From Eledone cirrhosa (taxonomy: Eukaryota): a stretch of 64,000 nt of DNA. A program made the translations under genes and the position numbers. The DNA is taken from NCBI GenBank assembly GCA_964016885.1, contig OZ024743.1, positions 20,522,001-20,586,000 on the forward strand. The letters are read 5' to 3'. This document shows, piece after piece, positions 25,728 through 40,034 of this stretch. The notes under the pieces are model-generated. The model was not told where the DNA came from. It ran no database searches and was given only the letters and a program-made list of their open reading frames with translations. Positions within the stretch are counted from its first letter, which is position 1. Every line of letters begins with the position of its first letter.

Positions 25728-26539
25728 TATATATAATATAGTTATTCGATGTTATTCAGATGGAGATTTATATAAAACATGTTTTCTCATCTTATATACA
25801 AATTCACTTATTATTTATAGGCTTCATATGTTTTTGCAACTGTATCATCACTTAATTGGTTTATTAGTTCCCATTACTTTGTAAATCCAGAGTTTCTTTA
25901 TAAACTTTATTATGTGAATTTCTAAATCTTGTATGCAGAATATAAAGTGTTTTCTTGACATAGTCAGTGTTGTTGCCAAGTAACATATAAAGTTTATCTC
26001 CGTGATTTCTTATGGACTTATTAAATTTGAGTTTTACTTTGAGTTTTACTTTGAGTTTTACTTTGATTCAGAAAAAACAGAAATGTTGAGCCAGATAATA
26101 ATAATGTTATTCATGGTATAAAAGCATCTCTTCTGCTACCTGATTATTAGTCTCATATCAGGCATGAATTTCTTAACCTGCTGTCTACAGCCAGTATATA
26201 CCCAAGGTTGAACTATGTCATAGTTGCCAAGAATTGTAGGGGCACTCTAGTAGCATATGGTGTATATTGGATATGTTAAGTATAATGTAACCCATCCCCT
26301 CTCCAGATCTGAAAACAATAACTAATTCTTCTAGAGAAGAGAAGGAAAGAAAGTGGTAGAGAGGTAGAATCAATCCCCACTACTGGACTAGTACTTTTTT
26401 ATTGACCTTGAAAGAATGAATAGTGGAATATAAACTTAGAGAGTGCAAAGAGCTGGAATGAATACTGCAAAACATACTATCTAATGTCCTAACAACTCTG
26501 CCATTTCACTGCTGCAAAGTAGTGATTCCTTTATTTTAC

Positions 26540-29500
26540 AGCTGTTTCTGTGAAAGATGTCCAGGAGGTTCCAAAGAATGGAATTGATTAGTTGATAGTT
26601 TCTGCTGGGTCAGCAACGGAATCTATAGATTTATAAATTTGTGAATGGTCTTAAATGTGATGCTTATACTATGAACAGTAATATTTTGGGGTACAAAAAT
26701 AACCTTTTTACATTAGTCTTAGCAATTTTATTGGTGGTGAGGAAAATTGGGTAAAACTCTTGCTATTAGTTCATTGACTAATAAAACTGACATTAGTTAG
26801 GAATCAATCTGGATCATTGTTGGCTCAATTCAAAGGCAATTTAAATGTAGAATGGACTGTTCTTCCCAGAAGAAAAGGAGCAGCAATATCTGAAGTAGCA
26901 GCAACAAAAACTATTTTTCCCCCCTGATTTGCACATTGGCAAGTAACAAATTAGTGTCAAATATTTTGCCAGATCCTGCAAGTGCTTAAAAAAATATTTC
27001 TTTTCTTTGGTAAAAATATCCTGTCAAGTATAGCTTTGTATAATGAGTTTTGCTCTGACAGTAATTTGGGTTATTTTCACTAATATCTCTTGGCAGGTTT
27101 TCTGGGTCATAGGAAGTTTCTTTTATGAGTTCTTTTGTTATACCATAGATTTCAGAAATATTAGTAAGAAGGATTACATACTCATTCAATCTCTTCATTA
27201 CCACTGACAGTTAACTTCTGTCCTAACATAAAATATGTATTTCCAAGTAGAATAAATATGACCATGAACAGTTCAAATATCAAGAAAAAATGTAAGGATT
27301 CAGATTTCTTAAGAAAATAAGCTTAAGTAAAGACATTCTTGTTGAGTTGGATGCACAGTATAAACTCTTCCTCAAAAACTTGAAAATCATACAGCTGGCT
27401 AACCTTAAATCTCAGTACTTTTATTTTTTTTATTCTGCCATTAGAGGACAATAATTGATCATACAAGAAAAGATTCTTTCTGGCAAATTTTGATGTAACC
27501 TGTTAATGCTGTTTCTTGAAGCTAAGCAACCATTACAGCAATAATTTAGATTCTTTGTCCATTTTTTAAGTGAAAGGTCACTTGAACTGAGAGATATTCT
27601 TCATAAATAAGTAAGGAAAATTCTTTTCCCAAAGCCTCATTAAGACTAATATACTACTCCATCTTGAATTGTGTAATTTCATCTTGAAGTGTTGTTGAAG
27701 AGTCTCAGCATCCTTATTAACATAAGTACATGATACACTTTATAGAATTACAGTTCTTCACATTTATGTGGACATTGGATAACTTAGCTAAAAGAGAGCA
27801 ATAATGTACTATCCCTTGATTGCCTATCACATGTTGGTCAATGTCCTTTTCAAAAACTACATCCTGTGGTGCCATTCATTTGTATAAAGAATATCCATTC
27901 TCACCTGTTTGTTCATCTTTAATGTAATTCTTAAGATAACATTTTATACACATGTTGTCTTTTATTAAGATGTGATGTGTTTGAGTTAACCACATGGACT
28001 GTGAACCATGTTGGCTTTGATAATTTATTAAAGTTTGTTATCTTTTGAGGGGTTTGAAATTTCTACTGATAAAGTAGAACCAATTTCATTCAAGTGGATT
28101 TTGTTCAAAAGCCAGATTAAAATATCTTCCTAATGTCAACCACATTGCAGTGTGGATTGGGTGCTTTTGTTGCTGTGATACCAGATCAACACACAGTGTG
28201 GTTCTTTTTAGTGCGTTTTTAGGTAGTAAAACCTCTCATATAATTTGGTATATATATATATCATCAACATGCTAGTGATGAAGACATTCAAGCAAATTTC
28301 TTTGAATCCTTAACTGATAACCATTATAATTCTTACAGGGTACAGATTTTGAAAAGTGATCTCTACAACTTGTGGTATACCATTGATAAAATGCAAACGA
28401 TATTGTAAAGCATCATGTGAAAGACGAGTTTCCTTTATGAATATTGATATCACTATCATGGCACTTAGAAATAAAATCTCATTTGCCACAATCTTCTCCT
28501 TTCGTAATAATTGACACTTCAATACATCCAAGAACCTTAAATCAACAAATACCTCCTCCAGCTGATCTCAATGACAACTTGAAAATCCTAAAGCATATTG
28601 AAAAATCCTAAAGCATACTAAAAGCATATGATTTAAGAGTTGTTTTGATGAAGTATTTCTTGTAGCTTTAAAATAAATCCTAATCTTGGGTTTGGACAAT
28701 TTTTATTGTGATATTGTGTATCGTATTGAATGTCACAAAGAAAATATATTTGTAAAAATCATGGCTCCTTTTTTTTGTAACGCATTATTCTTTGCTCATT
28801 AAAAGTTGACATAAGACCACTTTCCTTGACAACTTTTGTTCTAAATAATGTCATTTTAAAAGCACTATTGTATGCTTACATATTTTGGGCAAAGGGTTTT
28901 GATTCTCAAGTGGTCTCTAAACAGACCTTAATATGAAAACACCACATGGCGCATGGTTTTTTGCCCCACATATTAACATAACACTTGTATATTTTACACA
29001 TAAACCCAATGGACTCAACTTTTTCAGATGCATTAATTGTGATTAGAATTGGAGTACTCCACCATTGCATTTGCCTATAATTTTTCTGCAGATTTTCTCT
29101 GCAAGATTGTATTATTTCTTTAATCATTTTTTTTGCAGTCTTTTCCATTCTCCTGTGCTATTTTTTCTATCTCTCTCATTTTTGCAATCTTATATCTTTT
29201 TTTATTTCTATAATTTTTCTTTATTTGCTGTAATCATATTTCTCTATCTTCTGTTCCCTTTCATACTCACTTATTTGTTGCTGTTTTATTTGCTATCTTT
29301 TTTACTTTGTTCTAATATTTTCTTACTATTGCATCCTTCATTTTGGAAGTTTCATTCTTTTCCTTTTTTTGTTACTGTCATGTAATGTTTCTATTTCACT
29401 TGCATTTACCCCGTGTTTGTGATTGTTTATAGGAAAGAGAATATGATAATTGTCTTTGTTAGTTTTATCACTATATAATACAGGTATGTTCCCTTCCAAA

Positions 29501-29830
29501 GTTATATGACTGCTTATGGTTAACAGAGGAACAATAAATTCATTGCCATTTTTGTGATGAACCTGAATTGCTGCATTATATACTACATTAACGGCAACCA
29601 ATTCAAAATCGCTTCCATATTTTCCATTTTTATGCATACATGTTTGACATACCTACGTTTTACTGCTAAGAATACATGAACAAAAAAGGAAAATGGCTGC
29701 AGTCATGTCTGTATAGCATCGCGACATTGCAAATCATACAGTGTTGTTTGGATAATGTCACCAGAAAAGCGTGATAAGACTTTAAACAAACAATTACCAT
29801 TGACATTATTGCTTTTAAATGACATCTGAT
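26540..29830 (-). mobile_element. Decayed Helitron (OTU protease, RepHel Rep domain, Pif1 helicase)
   Basis: In 5'-3' order on minus: NGNCLFKVLS (OTU), YNSAFKMT, SHDALQY, ANMVHSPCG, EQTGENGYSLYK, NVHINVKNCNSIK, GRVYTVHPTQQECLYL, LAGSGKIF..NLLLA, GRTVHSTFKLPL, YKSIDSV..HSLEPPG. These are colinear with canonical RepHel; many stops and deletions. Confidence 0.9.
28127..28230 (-). mobile_element. SINE/RTE tail fragment nested in the Helitron
   Basis: AGCACCCAATCCACACTGCAATGTGGTTGACATTAGGAAG on minus matches the shared tail. Confidence 0.55.
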
Positions 29831-32299
29831 TAATAGATAAGTTAATTTATTTTGAATATTTTCAATGTGATAAGGTACTTAACTTTTCAAAGAGCTATCT
29901 TATCAGATGCTTGCCACTTTGCAAATTTCACTGTTTACTAAGCTGTCCGTCTTTCAACTATTTTGTTTGAGTGTAAAGTATGGGTTCTCTACAGGAAGCA
30001 AATCAGAACATTTAAAGCCTTACACTTTCACTATCTGCAATGTGAAATCACTCGGAAGAAGAAAATTCTTCAGGCTGAAATTCTTGGATTTGTGCAATGA
30101 CCATAAAGCCCATTCTCCACTGGAAAAGCATGTAATTCATATGAAGGGAGCTCTCTTCAAAATTGTGGTCCTCAGAAGCATTGGAAAGGTTAACTGGAGT
30201 GCACCAGGAAACAGGATGTCTAAAGGGCAGGCCATTATCATTACTGGATTCAATCTCCAAATATCAATCATACAGTTCTTTATCCATGTCTAACTTGTCC
30301 TCAGATATGTGTCTCTCATGTTTTGTGGTGCATCTGCATAGTAATTTACGATTTTGTGGAGTTGAAGGAGGAGAGCCAACACCAACATATTGAGGCTCTC
30401 ATCATCAACCATTACTTTAGATGGACAATGCATGTTTGTCACATGAATAGCATCAGAGTGCTTTGTCAAATCCTCAAAAGCAAATTCAGTAGCCATCCCA
30501 TGCAATGATACAAAACCCAATTGAAATAGATAATAAAGAACACCTATATTGATACTAAGTCCTGGGAAGAACACACAGAAACAGAACAATGTGGAGTCAT
30601 CTTATTCAATATCAGTGAAGAACAACTTGGAGTAAATTGCTTGAGAACTGAGGAAAATAAAAGGTTGCCAAGAAAAAATTGCCACCTTCCATCAATACTT
30701 CTGCTGACCATCAGCTGTGACCTGCATACAGAAATCAGCCTTGCCAGCCACCAGAGGCACAGGAAAGACGAGAAAATGCAGATGAAAGGAAAATATACTC
30801 ATAAATGAAGAAGAGCTGATGATAATGGCATACTTATTCAAGGTGTGGTGGAGTTGAAGATGGAGAGGGACGGCCATACTTTATCTTCAATGTACACTTT
30901 AGACAACTTCTTTACCAAGTGTACAGTTATTGTGATTGTTACCAATCTGAAGTAATATGGATCTAAACAAATTAGTTTTCTTCTATAAAATGTCATCTGC
31001 TAAGTATTAGAAAGGTGGGAATGTTTTAGTAGTTTCTATATATATAGTTTCAGCTTAAACATTGAATATTCTCCATATAAATGTGTGTGTAGGATAGGAA
31101 GGGTGGCAGTGATAGTCATGTAGAGGACATGGAAAATAAATGAGAGAGTAAGTCATAATGTTGCAAACTGGAAGATAGGGAGAGAGGAGTGTGAAAGTTG
31201 GAGATAGAGAGAGAGTGATACTTAAGAAAGAATGAGTCATACAGAAGATAGAAATTCATGAATGTGAAAGATTAGAAAAGAGAATGAGAAAGAAAGAGTA
31301 GTTAATGAGAAGGTGAAGAAGAAGCAAAGACCAAATGGAGTTTGACGTCACACTTAATCACATCTGCTATTTCTAGCAGATCAAGTGGAAACATATTTTA
31401 GAAAGTTTCTCTACCTCCCACTAACACTCTTTTTTCAACTTTCTCTGTTTTTGTTTTCTCCCACTACAACTTCTTTTCAAATTTCTCTCTCCATATTCTT
31501 TTTTGACTTAAGCATTAACTCATCCTTGTTTTAGCTTTATGATAGAGAAAGGAATAGCAAAGTTCAAGTAGGAGAGATGCAATGAATAATTTTCAATGAA
31601 CTAGATAAAGTATTTTACTTTCAATGAACACTTTAGAAAAAATTTGTGCAAACTGTTTGATAGTTCAGATTTTTATCAAGTAAAAGTGATAGGGTTCTTA
31701 GACAACAACATTTTTCTTTGTAAAAAGTTATCTGCTCAGAAATGGAAGGGTGAGAAAAGTTTAATATTTTCTGGAATAGTTCAATTTTTCTAGATAGTTT
31801 CAACTTAAACAGTCAATGATATATAAACGAGTGTGTGTGTGTAAGGCAGAGAGGGAGGTGACTAGAATAAAAAAGAGATAAAGCAGGACAGCAAAGGAGA
31901 GTAAGGGAGCATGAGTCAGAAACAGAGTTAAGTGTAAAATATTAAGGAAAAGAGAGAGAGAGAACAAAAAGAGAGGAACAGAGAAAGAGCACTGGATGGT
32001 TAAAGAAACAGATATGTATTGTGATGAGTTGTAAATAAAAAGATAGATTTACCTAAACTGCTGCAGATACATGGATATTTATTTAACAAATTCGACCTGT
32101 TTTATCGTCTTTCTGTGGATGTAGCCTATTTCATTACCTTATATACACATATATACACCAGGTCCGAAAGTTTAAAGTGAATGTAAAAGACTGGAAAAAA
32201 GAAATCAAATTCTTTAGTCCTGAAATCATTACACAAACATTTTATCCACCTGCACACATCCCTGACTGACACACAGACACCCTCAAATACTTTCAATCA

Positions 32300-32850
32300 C
32301 TTTCTCACCCTAATTAAACCATAATTATTTCTGCCTCTATCAGGTCGATAGAGACATTACTCAGAACATACCCATATGTTACAATGCCAATAAGACCCTA
32401 TATCACTTCAAGTCAGCTTGGTCTGGCTTCACCAGTTTTATGTCAATTATCCCTTGCAGAGCATCTGTTTTACTCTTGACACATCAGAAACAGCAGTGTG
32501 ACTAAAAAAGTATTTTTAGGCATGTCCTTCCACATCCCACATTCAACAAAAGGTCAGTTGTTGAAAACAATGTTGTTGCCCTTAACATCAACAAAGCTTT
32601 AAACTGTGCTTGGTATGCAATACTTCTCTCAAAACAACCTCATCTATGGGCTTTATTCATTTGTCAACTCGTAATAATGAACTTCCTATCAGAACACATT
32701 ATTGTGGCATATGCTGGTGGGGATCTCTCTGATTACTCTCAACTCTGATGTGCTCAAACGTTCAATTTTGCCTCAAACACTTTTCATTCTCTAAACTGAT
32801 GGCATACTAATATTGTCCAACAACACACACTCTTATGTAGATAATACCCT
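32300..32850 (+). mobile_element. Highly decayed CR1/Jockey-like LINE RT remnant
   Basis: KALNCAWYAILLSK (cf. KAFDxVWHxxLLxK), NSDVLKRSILPQTLF (cf. SGVPQGSxLxPxLF), HSYVDNT (cf. YADD). Confidence 0.6.
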
Positions 32851-33499
32851 TCATTAATCTATAACCATAAAATAAGAAAACATTTATAGCATCCGAGTGT
32901 CTAAAGGATTGTGCTTCAAATATATACCCAATATGAATAATATATTTTATGATTCAATTATTTAAATGTCAGATAGCTAAATCATATATTAAATAAGAAT
33001 ACAGGATTAAATAAAAGTGAAAACAATTGTAATCAATTTGAAATTATTATTGAACATTTTAAAACATAATTTTAAAAATTAGTAGTTACCAATTTTCTGG
33101 AGGTAAACTACTAATGGAAATATAATCATTCTTATAATATGTTAAAGCTAGAGGCTACCCATGCATTCAAATATTGGAACTGGCCAGGAACAATACTTGA
33201 AGCAGTGAAGACTTGTAAGTTTTACCAATAGACATATAGATAAAGATTTGGCAGACTTCCAACTCTTAAGCATCCTACATAAAATTGACCATCAGCAAAG
33301 CAGGAATCACTTCATGTGTTTCTACTGCCCACACAGCTCACTTTCATTGGCAGTAGAGGTCATTGTAAGTGTGGTGCATCTTTCTCATGGTAATATTATT
33401 TAAATAAGCATTTTTAAGTTACAGAGAAACTAAAGAAATGAAATTGCAAAGACACATACTCATAAACAAACTTTTTGAAATATATAACTTATAATATAT

Positions 33500-33547
<48 letters not shown>

Positions 33548-36500
33548 GTTTAACGTCCATGTTCCACGCTTGCATGGGTTTGGACGGGAGTTTTCCCACT
33601 TGAGGCAAGAGTGGTTGTCATTGCTCGCATAGGACTGTCTGGCGGGTTTTCTACGGCTGGATGCCCTTCCTAACACCAACCACATTTACAGTGTGGGGCT
33701 GGGAGGTTTTTACCGTGTTGCCTACACAGCAACATTACAGCGTGGACTGTGTGTTTTTTGTCGTGACACCTACACAATCTCATTTGTTTCGGCCTGGATG
33801 TTGTGGCACCAACATAACTTTACATTGAAAGGGGCGGTGTGGATGGGTGGGGGTGGTGGGACGGGGGTGTATTTTGTTAGAGATGCCTACTGACTGTAGT
33901 AGGTTTTACTTTGTATTTAGGTAAGGCGGGTCTTCTCTATTACTGAGTACCGCCAAAGGTCTCGGTCCAGTGACATTGTCTTGGAGAGGTGTAAGTGTGT
34001 GAGGTCGGAATTTATCACCTCGTCCCAGGTTTTTCTGGGTCTGCCTACTCCGTGGTTACCGTCTATCTTTATTGCCCTGCATTTTGTTATACAGCTGTCG
34101 TCTTTCATGCGCATCACGTGACTATACCAACGTAGCCTTCTCTCGAGTAAACAACATCTGATCCCTCTTATTTCTAATTTTTTCCTTAGTTCGTTTATGC
34201 TTTGCCGTTCACGTATATTACTATTACACATCCAGCGGAGCATGCAAGCTTCATTCCTCTCTAGTCTGCGTATATCTTCTGCACACAATGTCCAGGTCTC
34301 ACTGCCATGCAACATTGCTGTTCGTATGCAGGCATCATACAACCTGCCTTTCATTTTTAGGGAGAACCCTTTAGCGGCTAATACTGGTATAACCTCTCTG
34401 AACTTTTTCCATCCAGTTCTGACTCTAGCTACTGTACTTTCAGAGCACCCTCGCCCACTGCTGATGTTGTCACCCAGGTAACGGAAGCTGTCCACTATTT
34501 CTATAGAACCCTCTGCGCAGTTGAAAGAGCTAGTATTTTGTGGGCACTTGCTGCTACTTATTTCTCCATCTGCGTATAGGAGTTCCTATGGGCAGCCAGT
34601 CTTGAACTCCACTGTTATAGCCTGAAGGGCAATAATAAATAGTAGGGGGCTAAGAACAGAGCCCTGATGAACACCAATTTTTACGCTAAACTCTTCACTA
34701 TATTCGTTGTTCATTCTAACCTTACTGACTGTTTCTTTATACATGGCTTGTATAGCTCTCACAAGCCATTCGTCAACACCCAGTTTTCTAAGAGCCCACC
34801 AGATAATGGAACGGGGGACTCTTTCGAAGACTTTCTCCAAGTCGACAAAAGCTAAGTAGAGGGGTTTACTTTTAGCTAGGTACTTCTCCTGTAGTTGTCG
34901 TACAATGAAAAGAGCGTCTGTGGTACTTTTGCCTGACACAAACCCGAACTGCATTTCATCTAGGTCAATTCTCTCTCTGATTAGTTGCGCTATTACTTTT
35001 TCCGTGACCTTCATGACCTGGTTGATGAATTTAATGCCTCTATAGTTACTCCTATCTAGGGCGTCTCCTTTACCCTTGTAACAGTTAACGATGATGCTGC
35101 TATGCCAGTCCTTCGGAACAACCCCATTCTGTATGACTTGGTTTACTATCCGGGTGACCATGGTGTGTCCCACCGTTCCAGAGGCTTTCAGCATCTCAGC
35201 AATTATTTCCGAAGGCCCACCCGCCTTACCCGTCTTCATATCTTTGATTGCCTTACTTATTATACTACCTTTGACTAACACTGCTGGTCCCTCTATTGGG
35301 TCGATGTGTGGGAGACTGTCTTTCTCCCATTTATTCTCCTCATTTAGTAGCCTTTCGTAGTGACACTTCCAAGCTACCTTCTTATCAGCGTCAGTGATGG
35401 CAAGTACGCCATCATCGTTAAGTACACACTTCTCCCCGACAATATCACGGTTTTCCTTGACACATTGCCTAGCAATCCTGAACACCTCACGTTTTTGGTC
35501 CTCGCGTTGTAGAAAATGCTTGAACTTTCTTTCCTCTGCTTCCCTTCTTGCGAAGTACACTTGTCTCCTAGCTTCCCTCCTGGCCACTTGATAGTCTTCT
35601 CTACTTCTCCCATCCCGCCATGCTTTCCAAGCCTGCTTTTTGACCTTGATTGACCCCCCCACCTTACTGTTCCACCACCATGTTACTCTCCTCCTGCCTA
35701 CAGGCCTGCTCCAGCCACAGACTTTGTCTGCCACCATCAGCAGGTTTGCTTTCAGGAATTCCCACTGTTCCTCTACATTGTACGACTCTAATTGCTCTTC
35801 CTTACTGTCGAAAGCATCAAGTAATATGCTTTGAAATTTATTTCTGGCTGTGGGTTCCTTTAGCTTCCATATTTTTCTCCTGGGGATAGTCCTCTTCTGC
35901 TGTCTAGTACGTCTCGTCCTGACTATGAGGTCGCTAATTATCAGTCTAGGTTGGGAGGTGCATTCTTCATGGGGGAGGGATTTAGTGTTTACAACAGACA
36001 CTCTGTCACGTCTTCTGGTAAGGATATAATCTACCTGGCTGGTATGTTCTCCTGATCTGTAGGTGATCAAGTGATTGTCTCGTTTTTTGAAGTTAGTGTT
36101 ACAGATAGTTAGGTTATTTGCATCACAGAATTCCAGGATTCTGGAGCCTTCCTCGTTTCTAGTACCAAACCCATAGCCTCCGTGGATTCCGTCATAGCCG
36201 TCACAATGTTGTCCAACGTGGCCATTTAGGTCGCCAGCAATAATTATATAGTCACTGTTGGTTATTTGGGAGGTAGTGAGCATCAGTGTCTCATAGAATC
36301 TGTCTTTTATAGCGCCAGGCAGTCCGGATTGGGGCGCGTATGCAGATATTACTGTCACAGTAGTTCTGTTTAGAACAAGTCTTATTTTAATTATTCCGTC
36401 ATTCAATCTATTTACATCTATTATCTTATCCAACCATTTTTCTGCTAACATGATTCCTACCCCACCTATGCCATTGTCATTTCCGACCCAGAAAAGCTTA

Positions 36501-36867
36501 TAGCAACGTTTTTTACCCACAATGAATCTAGCAGACCTGCCCCTCCACCTGGTCTCTTGGATACAGCAAACATCAACCTCCTTACATTCAAGCAACTCTA
36601 CAACCTCGTTAGAGCGGCCTTTTAAGGTGCCTACATTCATGGTACCAACTCTGAAGTTTTGGGGTGCAGGGATGGGTGAGGGGGATGAGTTTGGGGTTAT
36701 GTTGGCCATCCACGGCCGAAACAAAGAGGGGGGGGGGGCCTTGCCCTTTCGTCCGGCAGCATGAGGTGAATTTGTCGTTATCTTTGGCATTGTCATCGAG
36801 TGTCCAGATTCTTCAGACTCTCCAGAAATTCCTTAGTCCATCCATCATATCGAAAAGAAGCCAGAAG
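33500..36867 (-). mobile_element. Near full-length RTE LINE with nonsense mutation and internal deletion
   Basis: Short 5' UTR, single ORF (APE + RT), 3' UTR and long (GAT)n tail. Confidence 0.95.
33917..36796 (-). pseudogene. RTE polyprotein (AP endonuclease + RT), disrupted
   Basis: TMNVGTL, CIQETRW, SAYAPQ, AGDLNGHVG, SQVDYIL (APE); RT through GCP*ELLYAD, then jumps to the FRYLG block. Confidence 0.92.
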
Positions 36868-36889
36868 TATATATATATATATGTATATA

Positions 36890-37130
36890 AACGTGTCCAG
36901 TCCAACCTGTAAGGTGGTTGTGCTGATGGCACAACAAAAAGTTCTCAGCTCACCCTGTAAGGTGGTTCTTTCAGTGCCACAATAAGAATCATCCAGTCCA
37001 CATTATACTGTGGTTGTTGTTAGGAATAGCCATAGAAACCAAGCCAAAATACAGATCCATATGAGCATCATGTGATTTTTTGACCTGACTTGCAAGCAGG
37101 GAAAATGGATGTTAAATAATGATGATGATA
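36890..37130 (+). mobile_element. Decayed SINE/RTE 3' tail with internal repeats
   Basis: Repeated CTGTAAGGTGGTT blocks, then TTGCAAGCAGGGAAAATGGATGTTAAA-TAATGATGATGAT. Confidence 0.6.
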
Positions 37131-37814
37131 ATATAAATATAAAGATTGCCTTGTTAGTGCTTCTCTCTGACATATAGGTCAAACTGCCTCTTATCTGTTC
37201 TTTAGGTTACCTGGGTGACAAAAGCTGCCAACAACTTCTAGGGAGCTTCCCTGGCAAATAATTGTTTCTACTTTAGGCACAAGTCCAGCAATTACCCAGT
37301 GCATTACTGGTACTTTATTTTATCGACCCCGGCAAATAATGGATTATGTTTTGTGTGCTCTTAGTAATTACTTCTATGCATCTGCCACATAAAAAGTCTA
37401 TCTTCTTGGTTAAATTGTCTGTAATCCCACTAAATATGTGTGTATATAAATACACAGCCTGCCTGTAAAGCATTAGTGCTGGTGCCATGATAAAATGCAT
37501 CCATCCCACTCTGTAAAGTATCAGCAAGAAATGTTTTTAAGACTCTGCTCCCACGGCCCTCTCAAGAATAAGTGGGCAAAGAATAATAATAATATGTGTG
37601 GCTAAATATTACAGCAGCAAAAATCTAAAACAAATTGTTGTTGCACTCTATATAGCCAGACATTGAAATGGTTTTCCACAGAAACTGAAACTATTCAGGG
37701 AAAATTGGTCTTACTCTCTTAACAGCTAGAAAAATAATTGTGGAAATCGGGGCTAAAACTTTTCAGGCAGTTTTAATTTTTGCGCACTTCTCAAAAGCCT
37801 TGACTTTTCTCACT

Positions 37815-40034
37815 CAGGGTGGGACGGGTCTTATTCAGCACAGCATCTCTCCACTCGTCATGGTCCTTCGTCATCTCCACTGTGAGCTTCAATGATCTGA
37901 GGTCTGTTCTCACCACCTCCGCCTATGTTTTTCGTGGTCTACCTCTACCACGTCTTCCTTCAACTGGCATTTCCTGGCACTTCTTCACCCATCGGTCATC
38001 CTCCATGCGCATCACATGTCCATACCACCTCAGTCTCCTCTCCCGTACACTACATTCTATCCCTCTCAGACACAGTTTCTCTAACAACACATTTATGCTG
38101 GGTCGTTCACGCACATTTACACTGCACATTCAATGGAGCATGCTTGCCTCATTTCTCTCCAGCCGTCGCATATCCTCTGCAGTTGCTGCCCATGTCTCAC
38201 TACCATGCAGCATCGCGCTCCTCTCACAGGCATCATACAACCGGCCTTTCGTACGCAGGGAGAAACCCTTCTTCGTCAACAGAGGAAGCAGCTCCCTAAA
38301 CTTCTTCCAGCCCGTCCTTATTCTAGATACTATGGCCTCGGAACACCCCCCTCCCATGCTAATCTGATCTCCTAGGTACTGGAAGCTATCCACCACTTCT
38401 ATAGCGCCCTCCTGCATTTGAAAAATGTGTCTATCAATGCGACTTCTACTGTCTAATTTCCCTGTACATCTACTGCCTACATATTTCTCCCTACCTGTTA
38501 CTTTGCCTGCTATCCCGCTACATCTCTTGTGTACCCAGGATCTGCATTGTGTGCATTTTATAGAATTTATGCCAGTTCCTTTTCTGCATATCGAACATGG
38601 CCATTTCCCTGACGGAATCAGGGTTTTGTCCTCTTTTCTACTCATCAACACTTTTGTCTTAGCTAGGTTCACTCTCAGTCCTCTTGCTTCCAACTGCTGT
38701 TTCCATAGCCAGAATTTATTCTCTAACTCCTCTACTGATTCTGCTATAAGAACCAGATCATCAGCATAGAGAAGTTCCCATGGACAGCCAGTCTTAAACT
38801 CCTCTGTTATGGCTTGGAGGACTATAATGAACAAGAGCGGGCTGAGGACCGAACCCTGATGTACTCCTACTTGTATCTGGAATTCCTCACTAAACTCCAT
38901 TCCTACCCTGACTTTACTGAGAGTACCTCTGTACAAAGTTTGCACTGTCCTCACAAGCCATTCCTCAACACCTAGCTTCCTTAGGGACGACCAGATGACA
39001 GATTGGGGTACCCTATCAAAGGCCTTCTCTAGGTCAACAAAGGCTAAGTATAGTGGCTTATTCTTCTCTAAGAACCTCTCTTGCAATTGTCTCACCAAGA
39101 AGAGGGCATCTGTTGTACTCTTCCCAGGCACAAAACCAAGCTGCATCTCATCTAGTTTGACCCTTTCTCTAATTAGTTGTGCTAATATCCTTTCTGCCCC
39201 TTTCATAACCTGATCTATCAGTTTTATACCCCTATAATTGCTCCTCTCCAGACCATCCCCTTTACCTTTGTAGCAATTTATGAGAATACTGCTGCACCAG
39301 TCTTTGGGTATGACACCACCATATATAGCCTGATTGATGATGCGTGCAACCAGTTTAGTGCCTACGTCCCCTGATGCCTTCAGCATCTCAGCAACTATTC
39401 CCAATGGTCCGGCAGCCTTACCATTTTTCATTTCCGTAATCGCCTCTTGGACCCTATATTCGTCAATCTCAATAGCTGGTCCCTCTGTCGGATCTACCAA
39501 GGGTAATTTCTCTCTCTCCCATCTGTTCTCCACATTCATCAGTCTCTCATAATGACATTTCCAGGCCTCCTTTTTCTGATCATTCGTGACACTAAGTACA
39601 CCAGCATCATCCCGGACACATTTATCTCCAACAACATCCTGATTTGCATTGACGCACTGCCTTGCAATGTGGAACACCGCACGCCTCTGATCTTCCCGTC
39701 GCAGAAGATTGGCAAACCTCCTACTCTCCGCCTCCCTGCGTGCTAAGTACACCTGACGTCTAGCTTCTCTCTTAATGGCTGTATATTCTTCCCTACTCCC
39801 ACCCTTTTTCCAAGCCTTCTATGCTAGTCTTTTGTCTCTAATGGCCTTATCTACTGTGCTGTTCCACCACCAGGTCACTCTCTGTCTGGTTGGAGCTCTG
39901 CTCCAGCCACAAGATTCATCAGTAGCCTGCAGCAAGTTGTTACGTAAGAAATTCTAGTTATTATCTATGTCATACGTCTCTAAATCGTCTTCTTAGTTAT
40001 TATCTATGTCATACGTCTCTAAATCGTCTTCTTA
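37815..40034 (-). mobile_element. RTE LINE, 5'-truncated, lacking most of the 3' UTR
   Basis: 540-aa RT ORF 38130-39752 plus in-frame continuation after a stop at 38130. Confidence 0.95.
38130..39752 (-). pseudogene. RTE reverse transcriptase region
   Basis: FVDLEKAFD, GVHQGSVLSP, LLYADD, FQYLG; premature stop before MCSVNV. Confidence 0.92.

Noticed and set aside
26540-26640. Plus-strand exon after an acceptor-like TTTTACAG
   Set aside because: Contains stops and is explained by the minus-strand Helitron helicase.
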